DNA of 61,223 nt, the filler included, from Sphacelaria rigidula (taxonomy: Eukaryota), in NCBI GenBank assembly GCA_964200075.2. It is 7 parts of 7 records of this genome, joined end to end, with 100 filler letters (N's around TTAATTAATTAA, not from the genome) between each part and the next. Parts side by side here need not be neighbours in the genome. Positions count along the whole stretch, not along the records: positions 43,807 to 52,465 come from CAXNAA020010467.1; positions 52,566 to 61,223 come from CAXNAA020010468.1; 5 more parts are not named here. One strand, given 5' to 3'. Both the position numbers and the translations under genes were made by a program. Under the pieces are notes generated by a model, which was not told where the DNA came from, searched no databases, and saw only the letters and a program-made list of their open reading frames with translations. Below are positions 50,661 through 61,223 of the stretch, piece by piece (positions within the stretch are counted from its first letter, which is position 1; each line of letters starts with the position of its first letter).

Positions 50661-52006
50661 ACAGAAAATACTATTCCATTCGGTTACTATACCATTCAAT
50701 TTATCGTTTGCTTCTCTTTTTTTTTCGTATCGTGTCTGCTTGAATATTTCTGGGTCCGGTTTTTGTTTCTTGATTTTCTCTCACCATATTTTGGCGTAGT
50801 TAGCCTGTGACCACGGGAGGCGTCCGCATCAGTTGTCCAGGAGTACTGCGCAGGTATCGGGACGGCTTTTAATGCGTAGACGAAAGCAACTGTACCGTCG
50901 GACACACGATGAGCAAAATTGCTGGGGTTGGGTTCTGAACCAGTATACGTACTGCCAGTGCATATGCACTGGTAGACAGCCCCGCCAGTACACCACTACA
51001 TACACATCTACGCAGATTCCTCAATACGCCTCAAGAACCAGCGGAAACCCATCTATTCAGGCCGCCTCAAAGTAGACACAGCACACCCCACACGAAACAC
51101 ACGGCTGGGGAAACCGTACAACGATGGACAGGTTTGTCTCCTCTGGCAACTCGCCGTCTGCTACAGACCCCGGCAGTGGTGGGGCTAGCTTTGGCACCAT
51201 TTTTATCTCCTACGTACTGTGTTGTAGCATGCTACGCTGGTTCGTTTCCCCCCCTTTTTTTTTTCTCGGCTTCTTGGTTTAATTTCAGGGCTGCCGTGTC
51301 GTTCTTTTCCTTTGTTTCTTGCGAGAGGTTGTCCAGTCCAGTAAACAAGAGTGCCGCTCACCACCTTGTGACCTTGTGCCTTGTGCTGTCAGCTGCTGGT
51401 TTTGTAGGGCTTTCGACTTTGTCGCTCTTGCATTTTTTCAATACTCCCCAACGTGAGGGGTTTGGTGGAACATACAGTTTCATGCACTTTCATATATGCA
51501 CAGACTACGTCTCCGACGATCCTGGAGATCCTGGAGTTTGTGTGTGTTGTAAAGTTTAAAATTTGTGCCACATTCCCTCATGTAGAAAAGTAGAAAACCA
51601 ATAAATTTGGGAGTTTGTCCTCGAAATTTCTTTCGTTTTCCCCGCGATAGTGTCTCTGTCACATGGGCCAAAATCACTCATTTTTTATGCTTTTACTGAA
51701 GCCAAATCGCGTAGAAAAGTGCCTCCGGCGGGGCCCCTCACCAGCCGGGGGGAACCAGTGTACTGATCGGATCCTGTATACTGGCTGCGAGCAGCCAGTA
51801 TACAGGATTCTGACTGGCTTCGCCAGTACCCAGCCCTAAAAAATGCCAGATACGCCGCTGCAAGTATTATATGTATCTGTGTGTGACACTGGTCTGATGA
51901 ACGATAGAAAATGAGATGCAATTTCGTCGTTTTTCCAAGATACGCTGCTGGCTGAATAACAGGTTGCCTGGATCAAAATGGCAGGAGAACAAGAGTACAA
52001 GTAGTA

Positions 52007-52390
52007 CTGGGTCCAGGTCCGATCTGAAAACGGAGGAGGTTTGGCATTTACGGACACTGTTTCATCTCTAGTTTTAGTTGGGACCGTTCTCGATGCGATC
52101 TGACCCATTCCCTGTACCTATGGAAAATGATCAGAAAACAATGCCGTTTGAAAAGCTACATCTTCCGCCTGTTTTACAAAAGGGGGGGCGGGGGGAGAGG
52201 CTGGGTCCCGGTCCGATCTAAACACGGAGAAGGTTTGACATTTACGGACACTGTTGTTTCATCTCTAGTTTTAGTTGGGACCGTTCTCGACGCGACCTGA
52301 CCCATCCCCTGCACATAAAGGAAATGGTTAGAAAATGTGGTTTGAAAAGCTACAGTACATCTTCCGCTTCGTTTACACAATGGGGGGCGC
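52007..52390. repeat. ~190-bp tandem duplication
   Basis: CTGGGTCC.GGTCCGATCT...ATCTCTAGTTTTAGTTGGGACCGTTCTCGA...TTTGAAAAGCTACA occurs twice (from ~52008 and ~52201). Confidence 0.9.
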
Positions 52391-55300
52391 GCAAGAGTGG
52401 GGAAGCAAGGTATTCCTAGCCTTAGCCACATGACCAGCGGGGACGCTTCCCTACCCTGACATGACNNNNNNNNNNNNNNNNNNNNNNNNNNNNNNNNNNN
52501 NNNNNNNNNTTAATTAATTAANNNNNNNNNNNNNNNNNNNNNNNNNNNNNNNNNNNNNNNNNNNNGGCCTGCCCGGGGGGGGGGGGGGGGGGGACAGGGG
52601 GGGGGGGGGGGGGGGGGGTAGGAGTGGGTATGTACCCTCCTACTCACCTTCTTCAGCAGCAGCAGCAGCAAATTCAGCGGGTTCAGCCGCAACAGGTGGG
52701 TGGGGTTTTGAGACAGATTTTGGGCCGACAGGAGGGAAGGAGGATACGTTCAAGATACTGGCTCCACGAGACGTTCCTCGACATGGTCGATGCATCATAA
52801 AATGACGTGGAAAGAAAGTGGGTGCTGAGACTGACCCTTTGCCCGCTAACCGCAACCAAAGAAGTCCTGATATTGGGAAAGAAAAGGTTAACCGTACGGC
52901 TCCAAAATCAGCCTGATGGTGATATTTGATTTTATGTCAATATCTGCTGCAATCATGACCATCCCCAGGCGTTAGCGAAATATGCGGCACAACTGTTCCT
53001 TGCATGTTGTTGTGAGCGACGAGAAAACGACCTGTCAGGCCGTGTATCATCAAATTGTTTTCGACTCGAAAACGTACGGCGGAATCGAATTTGCTCGTAC
53101 CTGATACGTCCGAGGCATTCATGTTCCTAACCATGTGAGAAAATTAGTGGCGTGGACGAATAAAAAACGATCGAGTTCGATTCGACCGCACGTTTTCGAC
53201 ACGAAAATAATTTGAACCCCAAGCATTGTAAAGTCCATCCGAGTCCACCTACGAGGGGTTCGTGGTCAAGGACCTTTTGACGGCTAGGGTCGATGGTGGT
53301 CATGTTGGCCACGCAGCAATTTTTCGAGTGAAAGTGGCGCCGATTCAAAAGATGAAATACCCTGCTCGCGGCGAAAGGGTTTATCGTCGTTTACCGCGTC
53401 GCCTTTTTTCTCTCGAAATTGCCATCGCTGATGGTGCATTTCGTTTTGGATCCTTCCGTCGAAACGTGAACACTACCGAAAAATCAAGAGAAGAAAAAGA
53501 ACCATTATGACGTGGGCGTGAGAAAGCGGGTTTTCTCCTCTCTTTCTTTCTCCGCACTTGAGTGCAAGCCAAATAAAATGACTTGGCGTGCTTGACGTGA
53601 GCGAGGACGGGGGGGGGGGGAAATTACACGCGGAGAGAATAGTTCGGTGTACGCTTGTTTGCGGTCGTCAGATGGAAGAATTCGCGTGAGAAGGCTCACT
53701 CAGAGGAGAGACACTACAACAATGTGTTCGGTTGTCGGATATAATTCAGAAATTAACAACGGACTTTCTTTTTTCAGTGTACGAAGTGAACGGGTGTGGT
53801 TGTTTTGCTTTGTGTGTACGAATAGCGCAACAACACGAAGTTTTGTGCTTGATGGCAGGACACGAGGACATGAATCGGTACAGACGCTTGTTAAAGTTTG
53901 TTCCTCCACTGGAAGGACTGTGTGTGCTTCGATTTTCAGTCCTCTGTCCTCCCCACCCATACACACGATGACATCAGGCGCAAAGATGCGAAATAAACTT
54001 CTTGTTTTTCGCCCCACTCCCCGATCACACAAGCCCAGGAGGATTTGGTCACATATCCCTCTTCACTCCAGACGACCGCACAGCAGGGTGAACAGTATAG
54101 TAGGGTGTCTTGGCGTGTTTTCGTTTCACCTCTTTCCGTCTGCCCCTGGCAGTATGTCATGGGGACGCGTCTATTTCATCATGGATCAGTATGGCAATTG
54201 TTTCTGTGTTTTTAGGTTGCTGTGCCCCAACCTGCGTCCCCACAACACAATATTACACGGGCAGGTCGGGTAGAGTATACTCGAATGCGAAAATTTTGAA
54301 AGCCGTACTTGAAGTACACAAATTGGGAGTAGGGTTTCAGGAATCGCTTTCCAGTCATTTTTTGGCTACGACTCAACACTCTACCCTAATTTGAATACCT
54401 CAATTACGTCTTTCAAAATACCCCGCAATTGAATATGCTCTACTCGACCTGCCCTTGCAATATTACTCACACAGCAACGATTGAACTCTTTTTTACTCGC
54501 ATACCGTACCCACACATATCTACTGAAGGGGCATGGGGCGACTGTTCGGTTTCCCGTGCCTCTGTTCCCCAAACCCAAGCCGTCTCTCTCTACAACTGAA
54601 CTTCCCATACATGCGACTATTGGAATCGGCTCTATTGGATGCTTTACCCACACATATATTCTAGGATTGAACACCAAGTGAATCGAGCGTGGTACGAACG
54701 AAATGTGGCCGACATGCTACGGGTGGTGAGACATGACAAGTTTTTACGCCCTTCAAGGTAGTTGTGAACTGTAAGCTGCCGTAACAGTTTAGGCTGTGGT
54801 GGCACAGCGTATGAAGATCCAAGGCTCCGAAAGCTGGAAATGTGGCGTACCTGTACCCTTCGCCGGTGAACACGGAGCATCTGTTGAATCGGTCTCATTT
54901 TCCGTTGAAAATATTATGCGAGATCCAGATGGCCACCTTCGCGGCCAGAAGGGATACAACCGCCGTCGTTGCCGCGTCATTCGAATCGATTGGTGCAAAA
55001 AGCGGACGGCCCGAGGCTCTACACGCAAGGAACGTGGCATTCCTTGGCTTTACTGCTTGCCTCTCTGCATGCATGGCTCGGGGTGAGCGGCATTTTTGGT
55101 TTGTCCGCCAACGACTGAATATCACGCAGCAAATCTTTCAAGCGCTCAATTCGTTCCTCTGCCTCCTACTGCTGTTATCTGCTTTCATGGAAGAAAGGAG
55201 ATGCGATACCAGCTACTCCTTGTTTTTACCGGGAGAAACGAGGGGTCTAGCTGGTCACAGTAGTTTCCACGTTTCCCTGAGGGGGGTGGATGCTCGGCAA

Positions 55301-55570
55301 CTAGTGAAATAGAAATAGAGAACCTTGAACGTCGTCGATGGCTGGGATAGAGGGATCACCCATCCTGGTCCTGTAGACTAGGAGACAGCCATCCTTGTGT
55401 GTACATGACGTTAGGGGAAATATATGATCGTGAATTCCTCCTCCGCAATAGAAACCTATGTGCGCATGTATGTATACAGAAAGGTTGGTCTCCACATATT
55501 GTGATTTTTGTCGTGTTGCTCCTCTCCGTTTTTGTCGTTTGAACAAAAAAAAATGTAATCACGAAAACAG

Positions 55571-55708
55571 GTCGCGACGCAGCAAGAACCAAGGCAACAC
55601 CAACCGCTATGGCACCAACACCAAAACCACGCGAGACACATGTGGCAACAGCAGCAACAGTTCAGCGGTGCCATGCCACCAAGCCACGGGATGCCTCCAC
55701 CGTGTGAG
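55571..55708 (+). CDS. Possible Gln/His/Pro-rich exon
   Basis: AACAG| VATQQEPRQHQPLWHQHQNHARHMWQQQQQFSGAMPPSHGMPPPCE |GTGCGG; possible upstream exon ~54153-54263. No homology evidence. Confidence 0.35.
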
Positions 55709-57749
55709 GTGCGGACGAAGGCTATCAGTAGTGATAACCCTGTGATTGCAAGGGTCATACGGTCATCTGACCATTCATACATTTTCCGAATGAAATTGAT
55801 GCTGATTCAACGCATGACCCATGCTCCCAGCCACAAGGCTATAATCTGAGTTTGGCGATGAACTTGGACCACCTGATTTGCGTGTGGACAACGAGAATCG
55901 AATCTTCAGGAGGGCTTGTTAGTCCTGTGTGCTCCTGAGGTGCGCAGAGCGCGTTTTTGTTTAAATCGGTGCCTATTTGCCAGCTTGAGGTCTACCATAA
56001 CGCCACACTCTGCCCAAGGAATCCCAACAGTACGCCTCTCTTGCCCGAGTATTCGCAGTTTGCCTTTGGTTGGGGTTAGGCTTAGAGTCAGTGTTCATGG
56101 CGACAAACTGGGACAAATTCACCCCACTGTCATTTCTGTGTCCGCCATCATGTGTTATTCGTTGTACACGGCAACTTGCTCTTCCACACTGGACACTCTA
56201 ACCAAATACTCAAATACTCGTCCTTGCCGAAGGGTTACTCGGATAGGACGATCGGAACCATTATTTTCCGTTTCCCAATCTCTGAGTCAAGTTCACAGAC
56301 AGGACATCACTCAGCCGCAGAAAAGGCGTGTGGGAGACCTCGGTCTAGTAATTCGTGAGACACGACATTTTGCCCAACCGTAACCCCTCTTCATCCCAAA
56401 TGAATGAATGAACAACACTCGGTTCTGATATTTACGACTCGTCGCAGGGCTGACGGTCCCAATAGTCTGCCCAGCGTGTTGAGAGCACATCTCGGCCCGA
56501 AGAGGGGGTCGATTCGAGCTCCGACTTGAGATTTGCTAACGAACACTTTTGTCTACAGCACTGTATACTATCCCCCCTAGCCCGAGATCCTCCACAGGCC
56601 TCGTGGTTGGGTTTTGTATTTTGGCGCTTCAACTTACGTTGACTCGTAGATTCCTGGAGCTTACGCGTAGATTCCTGGAGCTTGGTTCGAGTAAACCCCC
56701 TTCGTTCGAGGCTAAATCAAAAAGGGAACTGAACACAGCCTCTCGAACAACTTGGCTAACCCCCAGACCGCGTTGCGGGTAGTCCATCTGGATCACACAT
56801 ACTTTTTTCAAGTGAAAATTGATGCCGATTCGGCAGGTGACGTACCCTCGCAGTATAAGGGTTGAGCGGAGTTGGGCTACATTCTTTCTATCCATAATGA
56901 TACATTTTACAAGTATCGCTGACCCTAACCCCAACTCCAATCCAAGGTAGACCAAGAGCTTGAAATTAGGGTGGGTGCATTCTGTTTCCCGGGAAATTTG
57001 TGCTGTGTTTTGTCTCAGATCAGTGCTGCACTCTGGGCAGTCCTTGGGGAATGTGAGCCTTGTAGAAGTCCAAATGTGATGCTAGACACTAGAGCCAGCT
57101 ATCAAATTATCTATTGCTCAACGCTTAGACCGCGAGGGTAGGTCATCTGGTGATGCAGGGATCATTCAGCTAAATGTGATGCTGATCTAACGGATGACCT
57201 GTGTTCGCGGTCAAAGGGTTGGTGTTGCCTAGCTGATATGAACTTTATTGATGGAAGTGGCTCGCGGTCGAATGGTCGTCGCCGTACCGTTGCCCTAACA
57301 ACGGTGGAAAGACTGAAGGGCAGTAGCGTTCAGCACTCTATCTAATACAACCTTTCCCGGAAGTTCATTATTTGATTTGGGTGTAAACACTGATTCTTTA
57401 CTGGGATTGACAGCTTCAACTGCCCCTCGCCTGCGCTGAACGCGATTTCGTCAAAATCGGCGCCGCGGTGCCGAGTTGAGGTCTGCCAACGCCACACTTC
57501 GCCCTGAGAACGCTTGAGCCTTCGGGTCCCAAGGGCGACTAATCTATTGGATCTGCATTATTTTCGCTCGAAAAATAACAGGAGTGCCCAGATGGCCGGT
57601 TCTGGCATTGATACGGGTTTCATCCTTGGAGAGCAAAAACGGGCGGTGGATTGCCCGGCTTCGAGACTCAATTCAAATGAGTAAGGGAGAAACCTATAGC
57701 TTTTGGCGTATATTTATGGTTAATTTCTTCGAACAAACGAACATGAATA

Positions 57750-57932
57750 CCAACTAACCCTAACCCTAGCCCTAGCCCTAACCCCGACCCAAGGCGTACG
57801 AGACCGTCGGGCAAGGGTGGTGCATAGATTGCCTTCGACATGATGTGCATCAGCAGAGCTCAAATCGACGCCGCAGGCGCATTTCGACAAAAACACGTTC
57901 TCGACGAGCTGGGTTCACTGCTCACCTGCCCA
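57750..57932 (+). repeat. Repeat family D with telomere-like CCCTAA/CCCTAG tract
   Basis: Homologous to 21645-21840. Confidence 0.8.
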
Positions 57933-59201
57933 AAACCCTCTATGATGGCATAAGTTGGAGTTGCACATGTATATGAAAGTTGCAGCCATCACGTGACTTT
58001 TCCAAGGTGTTTCAACAGGTTTTGTTTCCAACCCAATCTTTACAGATGGAACCAGGGGTGTTTCAGCATTTCAAGCAGTCTCCAGCTTAAGATCAAACCG
58101 TTTTCGTAGGATTCACACGCTATAGGGTAGATACACTGACAACTACAGCATGTTGATGATGGACGTGGGCACAAAATGCATCGTTGGTTCTACAAACAAC
58201 ACAACGCATCCAACGCACCATGATGGTGGCGCTTTCGGCAGTGTCTAGACTTGTGTACTGACGAGACACGACGACATTGCCGCAGCTCAGGCAATCCTCA
58301 GCGCAGGTCAAAACGTTTTTGCAGGGCACCACACTGCCTGTTAGCTACAGGACAGGAAAGCTGGCTCTGCGCACCTCAGACCTTGTTCGTCGCGAAGGAT
58401 GCAACATTCAACTTCGACAAAACAGCGCTTGCCTGCCGACAGCAGTTGTTTGTAACACAATAGCAGTACCACAGCTCAGGTAATTCCAGCAGAGACTGGA
58501 CAGTCTTGGCAAGGTCTAAACACACGATTGTACAGCGACAGGTTCAGCACGTGAGAGCTAGTCTATGTCTGCTGTCGTACAGCATAACATGACATGTCCC
58601 CCTTTTACGTTTTGTGACAAGTTCTGAACAGGTGCTCAAGCGTTCATAATCATTTACCGAATTCTGAGCGCTTGGCCGGAATCTTGCAAGTTTTTGGGGT
58701 CCTTTCAGAATTTTTGGCGGTTTAACCCTTAGATCGCGAGGTTGGTCCTCTGTTGAATCGGCATCAGTTTCAAGTGTGAAAAAAGTATGCATGGTCCAGA
58801 AAGACTAATCTCGCGGTCCAAGGGTTTAATCTTGACGATTTTGTTTCATAATGGTCGTTTTTGTGACCACCCGCTCGAAATTGTCGAAAAATATAATCTG
58901 GACCCAACGAAAAAAGACAGTGGAATTTGTGAAACGGTACATGGTCACGCGTGTACGAAACAGACAGGAGGGGACCTGAAGAAGCGGCGCACGAAACCCT
59001 CAGGCAAGGAGTGCGTTGGCGGATTTGAAATCGTCGCCACAGGCGCGGATGTCGACAAAAACACGTTTTGGACGACCTGGGTCCACTGCTCACCTGCCCC
59101 ACACCATATTTTTTCTCAGAACTTTCTCGAGTCTAAAATCAAGTAGTCATCGCCGTCAATCACTGTGTACAAAAATTTCTTCAGGTCTACCGACAGTTCC
59201 A

Positions 59202-59433
59202 TGTCTGCACTGCTTGCAAGCAGTGACTCGAGTGCGTGTGTACGTGTTTCGTACATTGTGTAGAAGAAAAGCGGGCAACGTGTAGTGCAGACAGCCCACA
59301 ACTATCATTTTCGACACTCCGTACTGTCTGCACTGATTGCAAGCAGTGTCTCGAGTGCGTGTGTACGTGTTTCGTACAGGGTGCAAAAAAAAGCGGGCAA
59401 CGTGTAGTGCAGACAGCCCAGAACTATCATTTT
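59202..59433. repeat. ~120-bp tandem duplication
   Basis: TGTCTGCACTG.TTGCAAGCAGTG.CTCGAGTGCGTGTGTACGTG...GCAGACAGCCCA.AACTATCATTTT occurs twice. Confidence 0.92.
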
Positions 59434-60249
59434 ATCAGCTTACAACGCGACGTGAAATGTACTCCAGCAACGTGCAGCTTTGTACTGCCTGCACTGTCTA
59501 TGAGCGTGCACGCGACTCGGTTGACCACCGTACCACGCAGTTCCGTCGCTGATCCCCACCATGAATGAAAATGCGCAAGTTTTCGCCAACAAAAAATCAA
59601 CAGAGCATACCCAACTGCTGTAGTGCATCTTTCCCTGTGCTCAACTCGTGCTCTATGCTGCAGGATTGCGGTGTTGGCTGAGAAAGAGTTGGATGGGGTT
59701 TGCATGGTCCTGTGAACCGGTGCTATCTGACGTGGTGGTTTGCAAGATAGGAGTCAAGTGCCGCTTCGTGTCTCCCGACCGCATATTATCGATCGGAAAT
59801 TTTGGTTTTTTGTCTCGAACATTTTTGCTCCGCACGCCGCTAATTATAATTTTGCTAATTTTGAGTTGAAGCCTTGCTAGGATCATGAATGCGGTGAACC
59901 TATCAGATGGGCAAGAAACTCTCGCCCGCGCTTTTTCCATCGAAAAAAAATAGCTAAGGACATGCCCTCGGTTTGAAGATCATGTATCGAAATATCGAGT
60001 GTCGGAATCCATAGCCGGTGAGCCGATACTTTCGATACGCAAACTGGCTCCCTCGGGGGCCCCGTCTTCTAGAAGGGGGAGGGGGGTGGTGCATTCAAAT
60101 CATTGGTCTCTCTCTTTCATTGCCAAAATCACCCTTCAAAAGCAGCAAAAAAGACCCAAAAAACCAGAGAACCGGCTGTCCGGCCATTTTCCAAGTATCG
60201 ATGAAACTATCGATATCGACGCTTTTTCCTCGGTATCTTGGAAAATCGT

Positions 60250-60608
60250 ATGTGTGTTGCTGTTGTGTGTGTCGTCGTCCCATCTATTCTGGACGCCGGT
60301 CTACACCTTTCGGTGTATGTGGGCGCATCAGCCGGGGTCACACAGGAGGACTGTCAACACCGGAGCTTTTCTTTCTTATTTGCTTTTATTACCCCACCTT
60401 CCTTCTGCGGTGCTTACCTTTATTTTTTTATCGCGAGGGGGGTTTAGCAGTGTCTCTTGCCGGCAAATTATTTGTGTACCCACGACATAATCGCTCTCCA
60501 CTGTTGGGCATGGTGTGGGGAAAAAATCCCAAATCGCTCCGAGAATGGAACCCACTTCCCAACCGTCAGAAGGTTTCGAGGTTACCAACTGAACCACCGG
60601 GGCAACCG
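60250..60608 (-). mobile_element. tRNA-derived SINE, full-length copy
   Basis: A box TGGTTCAGTTGG, B box-like GGTTCCATTC, body collinear with 38396-38757. Confidence 0.85.
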
Positions 60609-61046
60609 AACTTTTTATTTCGTGCAATTTTCAACACTGTACAACACACGTATCATGTATAAGCTCATCAATATCGACAATGTTTTTCCGTCGATGCCAA
60701 ATATTTTGGGCGTTTCGGACTCTGCGTCCAGACTCCTTGGAGAAGTCCGAAAACTTCGGACTGCAACGTAGCACTTCGGAAAGCTGCGCTGCATGTGCGC
60801 CCTTGCGCTCTCAAGCATACGATAGTCATGAGGTACCTTGCCAGTCCCTATAATTTCGGAGATCTCCGATAACTAGTGTCGATAATAATGGCCATAAGGC
60901 TACTTCATATGTATCAAAGAATAAAACTAGTTGGAAAATGCATTTTGGGCCCTTCTCCGTCGCTTTCCTCCCGAAAAGAGGGCTAGGCGGCTGTTGACAC
61001 CTTGGAATGACTTGCTCTACTCGATGAGACGGTTCCAGAGCACACA

Positions 61047-61223
61047 CGCGTTTCCCGTAGGTCACGGTTTCGCTTTCGGCCAAACTTGCATTTTCAATAA
61101 AAAACGGTCAAGTTACAAGAAAAATGTCAGTTCCCCCCCCCCCCATTTTTCTTGTAACTTGACCGTTTTTTATTGAAAATGCAAGTTTGGCCAAAAGCGA
61201 AACCGTGACCTACGGGAAACGCG
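61047..61223. repeat. 80-bp inverted repeat (79/80 match) around a 17-nt poly-C loop; centre of a family C foldback element
   Basis: Arms 61047-61126 and 61144-61223; family C arm sequence at 60990-61040. Confidence 0.95.

Noticed and set aside
8664-52565. Regularly spaced TTAATTAATTAA motif every ~8.76 kb as a biological array
   Set aside because: Each copy is embedded in N44 pads; it is an assembly linker.
52648-52798. Minus-strand first exon ending at a GTGAGT donor
   Set aside because: Plausible but short, low-complexity and cut by the scaffold end; insufficient support.
59202-59433. CRISPR-like repeat-spacer array (also 45397-45500, 50599-50660, 48187-48240)
   Set aside because: Only 2-4 units, no unique equal-length spacers, no cas genes, eukaryotic context.

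Overview
Eukaryotic, intron-rich, repeat-rich genomic DNA. The compact GC-rich exons, long introns and repeat content suggest a brown alga (Phaeophyceae) or a related stramenopile; this is inference. The window is not one locus. It is seven unrelated scaffolds of 8663, 8662, 8662, 8660, 8659, 8659 and 8658 bp, size-sorted and joined by identical 100-bp N44-TTAATTAATTAA-N44 spacers, so neighbours across spacers have no synteny. Content by scaffold: (1) a decayed Ty3/gypsy chromodomain LTR retrotransposon with both LTRs and an internal deletion of RT C-terminus/RNase H; (2) very old Copia-like and Gypsy-like remnants, a MITE and a foldback repeat; (3) a six-exon, in-frame spliced gene fragment for a BED-finger/hAT-transposase-derived protein with altered catalytic motifs, a candidate domesticated transposase and the best finding; (4) the first exon of a probable secreted protein and the first exons of an Mss116-like DEAD-box helicase; (5) four exons of an unknown protein plus a tRNA-derived SINE; (6) the last two exons of a CDK20/CCRK-like kinase; (7) mostly repeats, ending in a near-perfect 80-bp hairpin. 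Most ORFs in the six-frame track are spurious. No prokaryotic system, CRISPR array or rRNA was seen.
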